Shown here: positions 7,364-15,447 of the stretch, in pieces
Numbering within the stretch: position 1 is the first letter of the stretch
Layout of the letters: every line of letters starts with the position of its first letter
Origin: Burkholderia phage FLC9
Direction: 5' to 3' (one strand)
Length of the DNA stretch: 40,000 nucleotides
Sequence record: LC667451.1
The notes under the pieces: generated by a model
Database searches by the model: none
What the model saw: only the letters and a program-made list of their open reading frames with translations
What the model was told of the DNA's origin: nothing
Made by a program: the position numbers and the translations under genes

Positions 7364-8737
7364 TTACTGAATGGCAGTGCGGTAGTCCATGTGAGCGAGC
7401 GCCAGCTGCGTGCCGTGCATCTTCTTCATGAACAACAGCATGAACTTGGACCCGTACTCCGAGACCGCGGACGAGAGGGCCGTCGGATTGAAGGCCAGAC
7501 GCGGGCCCACACAGACAGCGCAATAGTCCGTCTTCTCCAGACGGCAGAACATCGGCGAGCGGATCATGACCTTCTGACCCAGATAGTTACCAAAGGATTC
7601 CTCGGTGAGCGTATCGTGGCCTTCGCCCGTGACCACGCTAAAGCCCATGTACTTGGACTTCTTGCTGTCATCGAGCACCACCGGTACACCGAGGTTCGTG
7701 CCGCAGTCTGCTTGCGTGACCATCATGTTCGAGGACGCCCGCAGCAACCACTTCACGGCTTCACCGCCGAGCATCGTTTCCGCACCCCGATTGTACGAGC
7801 CCGCGCGCAGCGTGTCGTTCATGATCGGGAACTTCTCGATGTCCCAGCCTTCGGACAGGGAGTTCTGGATCAGGTCCACATCAATGCCATCCCCCAGACC
7901 CGCTTCAGCGCCAGTCATCAGGAAGAGCTTACGACGCACGACCTTACGACCCTTCGCGTCGATGAGGAAGCCTTCGCCTTCATCCCCTTTCAGATACTCA
8001 GAATCATACTTGATCAGTTCGGCGTCAATTTTAGCAATGACGGCCGGATCATGCAGACGATCCTTGTACTTCTCGAGCAACGCGGCTTTCAATTCCGCGA
8101 TCCCTGGCGGTGCCGTCATGACCTTGCGTGTGGCAGCCGGAACCCAGAGTTGCGTGAAGCCTGCCAGGTAGAAAGCCGCATCGGCCATCACCAGGTATTC
8201 CTTCACGTAGATCGGCGCTTCTTCCGGATTGCTGATCTCCGTGACCGGGGCTTGAGCGTGCCAGGTCTGAAGCGGTGCGCCAACGTGATCGCTCGGACTG
8301 GGGTCATCCTGCAAGCGCGGGATGATCATCTTCTCGATGTCGTCCGGCGAGACCCGACCCGACTGATAGCGGATCTTGGCGTCGAACGGATAGGCGAACA
8401 TCACCCAGTTGAAGAAGTACTGACCGTAGGACGTGATCAGGTCTTGTTGCTCGTGATCGCCGTAGTTCGGAATGTCGCCCGGATGGAGCAGGAACTTGTC
8501 CTTGTGATTAAACGGCTCAATACCTGGTTCGCAGTCTTCCAGCAGGATCAACTCACTGGTCTTCTCCGGATTGACGAAAAAGTAACCGCTCGGGGTCTGG
8601 ACGATCCGATACGGGTAGGGGTCCTTCTTCCAGTCATCCGGACCTTCATGGATCTTGGAGAATGCTGAGATCACCCAGGCCCGGCGGCGAAACTCATGTG
8701 CCTTGCACGCGGCAAGGAAAAAGTCGTGTTTCTTCAT
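7364..8737 (-). CDS. DNA-directed RNA polymerase beta' C-terminal-like subunit, second paralog (probable virion RNAP piece)
   Basis: GAETMLGGEAVKWLLRASSNMMVTQADCGTNLGVPV matches the bacterial beta' ..RRLVDVAQDLVVTEDDCGT.. region. YCAVCVGPRLA...GSKFMLLFMKKMHGTQLALAHMD matches the ..CAKCYG...SIGEPGTQLTMRTFH.. layout. Confidence 0.8.
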   Translation of the reverse strand: MKKHDFFLAACKAHEFRRRAWVISAFSKIHEGPDDWKKDPYPYRIVQTPSGYFFVNPEKTSELILLEDCEPGIEPFNHKDKFLLHPGDIPNYGDHEQQDLITSYGQYFFNWVMFAYPFDAKIRYQSGRVSPDDIEKMIIPRLQDDPSPSDHVGAPLQTWHAQAPVTEISNPEEAPIYVKEYLVMADAAFYLAGFTQLWVPAATRKVMTAPPGIAELKAALLEKYKDRLHDPAVIAKIDAELIKYDSEYLKGDEGEGFLIDAKGRKVVRRKLFLMTGAEAGLGDGIDVDLIQNSLSEGWDIEKFPIMNDTLRAGSYNRGAETMLGGEAVKWLLRASSNMMVTQADCGTNLGVPVVLDDSKKSKYMGFSVVTGEGHDTLTEESFGNYLGQKVMIRSPMFCRLEKTDYCAVCVGPRLAFNPTALSSAVSEYGSKFMLLFMKKMHGTQLALAHMDYRTAIQ

Positions 8738-8740
8738 GGC

Positions 8741-9598
8741 TTAACCCAGCGTGGACTCGTAAGCAGCGAACCGCACGAGGTTGTCGTTGAGAGCGATGTC
8801 GATCTTGGTGATCACATCCACATCGGAGACGAGATCCTCCAGATGCTGCTTGATGATCTGCGTCGGTTGACCAAAGCCGTCGCCCGAATAGAACGCCATG
8901 CCCAAGAGGTTCTGTGCCGCGAGCACTGGGTCCATGCCTTCGAACTCACGACCAATCAGATTGGTGTAGAGCACAAATGGATAGCCTGCGTCAATGCCCT
9001 TGTGAACAAGACCAGCAATAGCCAGTTCGGGATCGAGCAGGAAGTGCATGAAGCGGTTGAACTTGGCGATGCGCTCCTCGCGGAACTCGCGCTCTTGATC
9101 GTCTTCTTCCGTGGTACCGAACTCCATCGATTCCGCGCGCTCTTTGATCTTGTCGATCAGGGCTTGCGAAACATATTCGAGGTCGACCAGGTAGTGTTCG
9201 GCTTCGTTAGTGCCGACCAGTGCTACGAGCTCGCTGAAGAGTTCTTCAGGGCTGTGCTCTTGGCCGACAATCCGCAGAATATCAGGGACGTGATCCGAAG
9301 CGTTTTGCAGATCCACCAACGCATCGATGAATTCTGTGCGTACGGCGATGGAAGCATCTTCCATTACGCGGATTGCGTGCTGCTGCAAGATGTTGTCAGC
9401 GAGTGAACGCGTGAGATCCATGATGCCACCCAACGTGTCCCCTTCATCGGACTCGTCGTTGATCATCAGCAGCTGTTCAAAGCCGGGGGTGTAATCCGGC
9501 AACCCGATGCGATCGAAAGCGTCGTGCGCCTTCTCGATGAGGTCGACATTCTCCGGTGTCGTCGCCTCCACCAGATAGTCGCGAAGAATATCGAGCAT
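8741..9598 (-). CDS. hypothetical protein
   Basis: ORF runs from 9736. Internal ATG at 9598 (MLDILRDYLVE) is the more protein-like start, but the start is uncertain. Confidence 0.65.
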   Translation of the reverse strand: MLDILRDYLVEATTPENVDLIEKAHDAFDRIGLPDYTPGFEQLLMINDESDEGDTLGGIMDLTRSLADNILQQHAIRVMEDASIAVRTEFIDALVDLQNASDHVPDILRIVGQEHSPEELFSELVALVGTNEAEHYLVDLEYVSQALIDKIKERAESMEFGTTEEDDQEREFREERIAKFNRFMHFLLDPELAIAGLVHKGIDAGYPFVLYTNLIGREFEGMDPVLAAQNLLGMAFYSGDGFGQPTQIIKQHLEDLVSDVDVITKIDIALNDNLVRFAAYESTLG

Positions 9599-9803
9599 GA
9601 ATGAGTCCCAGTATAAAACACGTAAGAAATTACTTGCGGAAGCAATGCTGTAGCCAACATGCACGCATTTTTTACGTGCTCGTGCATCGGAAGCTACAGT
9701 CCTCAATGGGTTTCGAGCCACGTTGGGATCGTTCAATTGAGGATAGTCAGATGATTGAGCTATCCGATAGCACCTTTCTAATTAGAGTAATTTGGGGTTA
9801 AGC

Positions 9804-10376
9804 ATGACTCAGAAAAGCGCCGGGCGCCAGATGCGCGACAAGATCAAGAACGACTTCAAGGACGAATTCGCCAAGAATACGAACTGGAGCGACCTGCAAG
9901 CCCGCCATCAAGAATGCGCCGGACTCATTGCGATGCACCTGGGTGTGGCCCGTGTGCTCGAGCAGCCCGAGATCCTCGCCGAGATCCAACCGGCTGAGCA
10001 GACACTGCTGGTGCAGAACATCAATCTGCTCACCAAGGACTTGAAAGAGCGCATCGAGGAGCTCAACAAGATCTATTCGACGCACAGCGACAAGACCGGC
10101 GCGGCGACCGAAGAAAACATCATGCTCTCGTTCGAGATCATGGAAAAGTACACGATGTGGCTCACCCTCGTGCAGTCCAACGTGCAACCGACGGTCGCGC
10201 ACATTCTCGAAATCACCAGCGTGATCGAGAAGCGCGTGCTGCTCAAGCAAGCCGAGCAAGACCCGGCTGCCACGACCGATGTCGAGTTCAAGGAACAGAC
10301 GCGTTCGCAGGCTACGGGCGTCGCCATCGATTCGGTCATCGCTACGGCAGACCACACGAATCCGCAACCGGAGTAA
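9804..10376 (+). CDS. hypothetical protein (about 190 aa)
   Basis: ORF 9792..10376 begins with TTG; first ATG at 9804 (MTQKSAGRQMRDKIKND). Confidence 0.75.
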   Translation: MTQKSAGRQMRDKIKNDFKDEFAKNTNWSDLQARHQECAGLIAMHLGVARVLEQPEILAEIQPAEQTLLVQNINLLTKDLKERIEELNKIYSTHSDKTGAATEENIMLSFEIMEKYTMWLTLVQSNVQPTVAHILEITSVIEKRVLLKQAEQDPAATTDVEFKEQTRSQATGVAIDSVIATADHTNPQPE

Positions 10377-10382
10377 GGGAAG

Positions 10383-12044
10383 ATGGAAGGTCAAGAGAAC
10401 AACAACGTACATAACCCGGCAGCCACCACGGCCGCCAGTGTGCCGCCGGAACTGCGCGCGCCGTCGACGGCAGTCGAGCCTGCTGTGGAGCCGAGTTCGA
10501 ATCTGCAACCGGCACCTCCTGCGCCGGAGGCAGGACTGACGCACACGCTGCCGAGCTCGGACCTGCTGGAAGATCCGGTGCACGAGGACGGTTATCCGAC
10601 CCATGAGTCGGAAATCCAACCTGCGCAGGAACTGCCCGAAGACGAACTGGTGCGTCGTAAACCGCTGCCGGATTCGACCACGGTGTTCCAGGAATCGCCG
10701 GTGTTCATTCCGCTCACGGGGGAATGGAATCCGGACGGCATCACGCTGGCGGTACCGGGTGCCTCGGAACAGGAAATGACGGCTGCCATCGCTGCCATGC
10801 CCAATACCGACATCGGTGCGACCAAGCAAGGACGTGAATGGATCACGGTCGCGCAAGAAGGCTACCGCATGGCCACGCCTCGCCAGATGCTCTCGGAAAC
10901 GGGCGATCGGGAAGGCTCGAAGTGGGAGCAGACGGTCAAGTCCGAACGGGGTCCGCTGGGTGCGTCGCGCCCGCCGCGCAATCAAGACCCGAGCGTCAAG
11001 CTGCGCGGTGAAGATGCCGTGTTGGCGGTGCGTCAGGCGATTGGTCTCGGCGGTGTGATCCGGATTCCCCTGTGGCATTCGGGCTTTCACATCACGCTGA
11101 AGACGCCGAGCGATTCGGCTATCCTCGAACTGGAACGGCGTCTGACGGAAGAGAAGGTGCTGCTCGGCCGTATGACCAACGGCATGCTGTTCTCGAATAC
11201 GTCGGTGTTCATTGCGAACTACCTGGTGGAGTTTGCGCTTCAGCACATGTTCGCCACCACGCTCAAGGACAAGACCGACATCGCGTCCAAGATCGTCTCG
11301 CACGACATCCAGCATCTGGCTTGGGGTCTGGCTGTTGCGATCTGGCCGACGGGCTTCCAGTACGTGCGCTCGGTGCTGGGTGAAACGGACGCCCAGAACA
11401 AGGTGCTGCGCGACAAGATCGCCATCGCCAAGCTGCAGTGGACCGACACCACGCAACTGTCCAAGTGGCAGATCAACCACATGGCCAGCGTGATGCCCAA
11501 CACGATGACGGACGACTCGATCAAGAAGTACCGCGAGGAGTTCCTGAATCAGACGCCGCGTACGGTGCAACTGAGCGATAGCCTGTCGGTGACGCTGAAG
11601 GTGCCGACGCTGGCCGAGCACATCACCAACGGCCAGAAGTGGGTGAACGGCATCGTCGTCATGACCGATCGCGTGTTCGGCATGGAACAGGATCTGGACG
11701 ATCGCAACAAGTACATCTTCGAGCAGGGGATGGCGACTTACATGCGTCAGTACGGCCACTGGATCGAATCGATTCAGGTGAACGGGCTGGAGATCGACGA
11801 TCCGGAAACGATCGACGACACCATCTCGATGCTTTCGGCTGACGATGCGATTCGCGAGAAGTTCATCGACTTCACGGTCAAGTACATCGAAGACACCACG
11901 GTCTCCATGATCGCTGTGCCGACGGTGGCCGCGAGCGAAGAACAGAAGTATCCGCGTTGGCCGCACCTCTTGCCGATCGACGCGATGGCGACGTTTTTTA
12001 CCCTGCTCGGCCAGAAAGTCTCGCAGATTCGGGACCGCACGTAG
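10383..12044 (+). CDS. conserved-looking hypothetical protein (553 aa), possible structural protein
   Basis: Long ORF. Disordered Pro/Glu-rich N-terminus followed by folded region. RBS ggaag upstream. Confidence 0.75.
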   Translation: MEGQENNNVHNPAATTAASVPPELRAPSTAVEPAVEPSSNLQPAPPAPEAGLTHTLPSSDLLEDPVHEDGYPTHESEIQPAQELPEDELVRRKPLPDSTTVFQESPVFIPLTGEWNPDGITLAVPGASEQEMTAAIAAMPNTDIGATKQGREWITVAQEGYRMATPRQMLSETGDREGSKWEQTVKSERGPLGASRPPRNQDPSVKLRGEDAVLAVRQAIGLGGVIRIPLWHSGFHITLKTPSDSAILELERRLTEEKVLLGRMTNGMLFSNTSVFIANYLVEFALQHMFATTLKDKTDIASKIVSHDIQHLAWGLAVAIWPTGFQYVRSVLGETDAQNKVLRDKIAIAKLQWTDTTQLSKWQINHMASVMPNTMTDDSIKKYREEFLNQTPRTVQLSDSLSVTLKVPTLAEHITNGQKWVNGIVVMTDRVFGMEQDLDDRNKYIFEQGMATYMRQYGHWIESIQVNGLEIDDPETIDDTISMLSADDAIREKFIDFTVKYIEDTTVSMIAVPTVAASEEQKYPRWPHLLPIDAMATFFTLLGQKVSQIRDRT

Positions 12045-12526
12045 CCCAGCCGCGCCACCTCGGTCACCCCTTCTTTGGCAAGAACGACAAAGGCGAAGAC
12101 CTCGTCGATGTCGTAGCCGTGCTTTCGAAACTCATCGAGAGCACGCCCAAGATTGTGGCGACCGATGTGCGGCTGTTGTTACTGCATCGATACGAGACAG
12201 ACTTTGGGATCTTCAATCATGATCTCGCCGATGATGAACTTGATCCCTTAGCCCTTATCCGCATGCATCCCAGGGAGGATGCCTATACGGGTAGTTTTCT
12301 GGCTGAGCGGCTTCGTCAATACAACACACGCCATGTGTACGAAGTCACGAAGATGCCGTTCGATAGGTTTTTAGAACTGCCTCGCCACATGGTGATGGAC
12401 ATCCTCGAGTATGCGGACCAGGAATTGCGCACGCGTACGAAGATCATGCAGGATGAAGCGAATGACGCGGACGCACGGGTGCGGGCCATGAATCAGCAAA
12501 ACCACCCCATGCGACCGCCTGTGTAA
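11957..12526 (+). CDS. hypothetical protein; coding region in -1 frame relative to upstream gene, start not resolvable
   Basis: Protein-like sequence from about 12050 (HPFFGKNDKGEDLVDVVAVLSKLIE...) with no ATG in this frame between 12044 and the conserved-looking part. Nearest in-frame GTG at about 12118 lacks a good RBS. Confidence 0.55.
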   Translation: MAAPLADRRDGDVFYPARPESLADSGPHVAQPRHLGHPFFGKNDKGEDLVDVVAVLSKLIESTPKIVATDVRLLLLHRYETDFGIFNHDLADDELDPLALIRMHPREDAYTGSFLAERLRQYNTRHVYEVTKMPFDRFLELPRHMVMDILEYADQELRTRTKIMQDEANDADARVRAMNQQNHPMRPPV

Positions 12527-12539
12527 TAGGGAGTCGTCA

Positions 12540-12992
12540 ATGATCATTTTCGATGAGCCCCGTAACTTGCTGGTGCAGGAAGCGCAAACCTTGGTGAATC
12601 CGGTCAATACCGAAGGCGTCATGGGTGCAGGCCTGGCTCTAGCATTTCGGGATTCGTACAAGGGTTTGTTTGAGGAATATCGCGAAGCATGTCTGACCGA
12701 CGTGTTCAGCAAGCGTGGCTTCTTCGTCTTTGACGTTGACGACACCCGTAAGATCCTTTGTCTGCCGACAAAACGTAGCTGGCGTCATCCCTCTCGGCTG
12801 GAGTGGATTGAGGAAGGCCTCTGGTATCTGGCAAACGAATACGAGTCTTATGGAATCACGTCGTTAGCGATTCCAGAGATAGGGTGTGGACGCGGTCAGC
12901 TTTCTTGGGCTGAAGTGCGACCGCTCGTCTATCAGTATCTGGACCCGATCGTGTTGCCTGTGGGGATCTGCCTGAATCCTTTCGGACACTAA
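12540..12992 (+). CDS. macrodomain protein (DarG/TARG1-like fold)
   Basis: LVNPVNTEGVMGAGLALAFRDSY, KILCLPTKRSWRHPSRLEWIEEGL, SLAIPEIGCGRGQLSWAEVRPLV: the loop 1 and loop 2 signatures of macrodomains. RBS agggag. Confidence 0.88.
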   Translation: MIIFDEPRNLLVQEAQTLVNPVNTEGVMGAGLALAFRDSYKGLFEEYREACLTDVFSKRGFFVFDVDDTRKILCLPTKRSWRHPSRLEWIEEGLWYLANEYESYGITSLAIPEIGCGRGQLSWAEVRPLVYQYLDPIVLPVGICLNPFGH

Positions 12993-13008
12993 CCGCACGA
13001 GACCAACG

Positions 13009-13461
13009 ATGATCGTCTACGAAGAACCATGCGCCATACTGCGTGCAGGAGAACAGACGCTTCTCACGCCCATCAACATTGACGCTGCAGGCGGCGGGGG
13101 CTTGCCCACAGCGTTTCGATATGCGTACCCTGACCTGTTTCCGGCGTATAGTCGGGCAGTACAGAAGCACGTGTTCGAGAATGATGGTCTCTTTGTTTTT
13201 GATGCTACGCTTGAGCGAAAGATCTTGTGTGTGCCCACACGGCAGCACCGGAGCATTCCGATTCAGGAGCGGCTTGATTACCTGGAGGAAAGTCTGATGG
13301 TGGTGGCAACCACGTACCAGAAGTACGGTATCACTTCGTTGGCGATCGATGAATTCGGCAGCTCAGAGCTCGCCTGGGAAGATGTGGAGCCACTCATTTA
13401 CCGCTGCCTGGGACCCATCGACCTGAAGGTCGGTATCTACAGACAACCGGTTCACGCTTAA
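13009..13461 (+). CDS. second macrodomain-like paralog with degenerate ligand loops
   Basis: Aligns along its length with 12540..12992 (MIVYEEPCAILRAGEQTLLTPINIDAAGGGGLPTAFR..; KILCVPTRQHRS..; YGITSLAIDEFGSSELAWEDVEPLIYRCLGPIDL). Confidence 0.8.
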   Translation: MIVYEEPCAILRAGEQTLLTPINIDAAGGGGLPTAFRYAYPDLFPAYSRAVQKHVFENDGLFVFDATLERKILCVPTRQHRSIPIQERLDYLEESLMVVATTYQKYGITSLAIDEFGSSELAWEDVEPLIYRCLGPIDLKVGIYRQPVHA

Positions 13462-13484
13462 CCGTTCGCGCCGGGAGACCAACC

Positions 13485-13688
13485 ATGCGACGTTTGATTC
13501 AGCGGTACCGTAAGTGGCGAGAAGCTGCTTACGAGCGCGCCCGAATGGCTCGGGTGGAAGAAGAGTTGCGCATTCAGCGGGAGTTGGAGTATCTGAATAC
13601 GCGACAGGCATCGGCGGGGAAAACCCTCACGGTTAGCACCCCGGAACTGATGGGACAAAGCATCAACAGTCTCAACCAGCGGCTCTAA
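13485..13688 (+). CDS. hypothetical protein (67 aa), basic coiled-coil-like
   Basis: ATG preceded by gggaga; collinear with the macrodomain genes. Confidence 0.6.
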   Translation: MRRLIQRYRKWREAAYERARMARVEEELRIQRELEYLNTRQASAGKTLTVSTPELMGQSINSLNQRL

Positions 13689-13692
13689 TGCC

Positions 13693-13748
13693 AAAAAAAA
13701 AAAGACGGTCATAAGGCGAGGACCCGAAGGTCCTCGCTCTATGCCGTC
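13693..13748 (-). terminator. UUCG-capped intrinsic terminator
   Basis: Minus strand gcgaggacc-ttcg-ggtcctcgc (13716-13737), extended by outer gacgg/ccgtc arms (13704-13708/13744-13748), then T11. Confidence 0.9.
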
Positions 13749-13777
13749 AAAGGGGTAAAGCGCGAAACTGCTTTCAA

Positions 13778-14404
13778 TCAGCGACCGATACGAGCCAGCA
13801 CTTGCTTGGCCAGATCTGCCACGATCGAATCCGGGGGAATCACTTCACCGAGCGCGAAGCCCTTATTGGCCAGCGTGGTGAAGACTACCTCGCTAAACGG
13901 TTGGGTCGGATCAATGCGGTTCGTCTCCGGATCGATACGACGCTTGTACTCCTCCAGCACCTCGAACACCAACAACTCCGTCTGGTTGCTTCGCGTACCA
14001 GCGTAGCGACCCAGGAAGGCCATCCAGTAAGCTTCGTGAAACGAGAAGGGGGTACGACGGCTCGGGGACCAGCGCATCATGACATCGCCTTCGATTCGCC
14101 AGAACGGTCGGTGTTTATGGCGACCATTGCCGGTGACCGTCATCTGGCCGTAGTGTATCGCTTCGATGCGATACGATTCCATGGCCGACAAACCACGCTG
14201 ACCCAGAAGCGTATCGAACATGCGCGGCGTAGCTAACGCTTCGTTACGCAAGATCAACTCGATACCCAGCAGAACCGAGTACGGATGTTTGACGCTCAGG
14301 TAGATCTCCTCGAAATACTTGTTAAGGTGTTCCGAGACGAACTCATAACCGGCTTCCGCGTCCTTATGGGTCTGGTTCTGATCCAGTCGAATGAACAGGT
14401 CCAT
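13778..14404 (-). CDS. hypothetical protein (208 aa)
   Basis: ORF, overlaps start/stop with neighbour. Confidence 0.7.
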   Translation of the reverse strand: MDLFIRLDQNQTHKDAEAGYEFVSEHLNKYFEEIYLSVKHPYSVLLGIELILRNEALATPRMFDTLLGQRGLSAMESYRIEAIHYGQMTVTGNGRHKHRPFWRIEGDVMMRWSPSRRTPFSFHEAYWMAFLGRYAGTRSNQTELLVFEVLEEYKRRIDPETNRIDPTQPFSEVVFTTLANKGFALGEVIPPDSIVADLAKQVLARIGR

Positions 14405-14943
14405 TACGACACCGCCTTCAGACGCTGGATGGCGTCCGTTGCCAGCGATACGATGGTCTTGCCCTCGAGCGTATTCACCGTGTACTCGCTGGTGTGGTAA
14501 AACTGGCTGTCGTCCTCACGCGTCTTCTGCCAGAGCGCATCATCCAGGACGCGCAAGGCGCGTGCGTCCGAGTCACCCCCTGCCTGGATGTGCAGATAAG
14601 CCGCCCAGACCATGTCCCCCAGATTGACAGTCAGGCCATTCCAGCGCGCAGTCGACGCCAATTCCACTTTGCGGCCGATCGTGGTGCCACGCCAGACCTT
14701 CGTGTTCGCATCGACCACATCGAGCGCGCGATCCAGCGGATTGAACGAACCGCCAGGGCGGAATTCGTCGGAGATGATCAGCTGGTAGAACGCATCATCT
14801 TCGAAGAAGCGATTGCTGCGCACGCGTTCGATCTGATGCACGATCTGGATCGGGCCGCGATGTTCGTTGTAGGTCGCATCGAAGAAGCCACCGAGCAGCA
14901 TCTCGATGTTGTTAGCGATCGCGGCGAGTTTCAGCAGTTTCAT
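14404..14943 (-). CDS. hypothetical protein (179 aa)
   Basis: ORF in tight minus-strand cluster. Confidence 0.7.
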   Translation of the reverse strand: MKLLKLAAIANNIEMLLGGFFDATYNEHRGPIQIVHQIERVRSNRFFEDDAFYQLIISDEFRPGGSFNPLDRALDVVDANTKVWRGTTIGRKVELASTARWNGLTVNLGDMVWAAYLHIQAGGDSDARALRVLDDALWQKTREDDSQFYHTSEYTVNTLEGKTIVSLATDAIQRLKAVS

Positions 14944-15368
14944 TTCAGGTCCTTGTTTTCTTCAGGGTCAGCAATAAAGTCGGCGTACAGCAGGGAGGCA
15001 TCTGCTTCGGGGTTGTTCCCGTAGAGACGATCGAAGAGTCCGCGCTCATTCAACGTCAGAAAGCAAAGGCCCGTTGTGGGGGCTTCAGAGGTGTTAGGTT
15101 GGATCGCTGCGCATTCCCACAGGTAGCCTCGGGCCCACTCCTCGGAGCCGCCTACGCGGGCTATACCAGGCACCAGCGTGTTCTGCATGCGCACGTCTGA
15201 AGTGCGCCAACCACCGGCCGCCATCACAGCGACCGATTCGATAAAGAGTTTGAGCTTCTTGCGCAGCGGATTGCTGGACGCCTTACGCTCCAAGAGCTTG
15301 ACGAACTCATTGGGGTCCGTCACGGTGATCTTCTTATCTTCTTTGTAGTGGAGGTTGGGTAGCGACAT
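14940..15368 (-). CDS. hypothetical protein (142 aa)
   Basis: ORF in tight minus-strand cluster with ATGA-type overlap. Confidence 0.65.
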   Translation of the reverse strand: MSLPNLHYKEDKKITVTDPNEFVKLLERKASSNPLRKKLKLFIESVAVMAAGGWRTSDVRMQNTLVPGIARVGGSEEWARGYLWECAAIQPNTSEAPTTGLCFLTLNERGLFDRLYGNNPEADASLLYADFIADPEENKDLK

Positions 15369-15447
15369 TGTAACGTCCTTGTAAGAATCGAAGGGGCATA
15401 GGGCCAGGAGTTTCCCCCTGGCCCCGTTCCCTGATTGCCTGTTGTTG

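Noticed and set aside
7283-8668. 461-aa plus-strand ORF opposite the second beta' piece
   Set aside because: Antisense shadow. The minus-strand product carries the recognisable RNAP signatures.
9786-9793. Minus-strand CAAATTACTCTAAT as another promoter-motif copy
   Set aside because: Lacks the ATAT core. Position upstream of the 8741-9598/9736 gene is suggestive but the match is too weak to include in the set.
9798-11966. 722-aa minus-strand ORF opposite the 190- and 553-aa plus genes
   Set aside because: Shadow ORF created by codon bias. Arg/His/Gly/Leu-rich translation with no domain signals; the plus-strand products have RBSs and protein-like composition.
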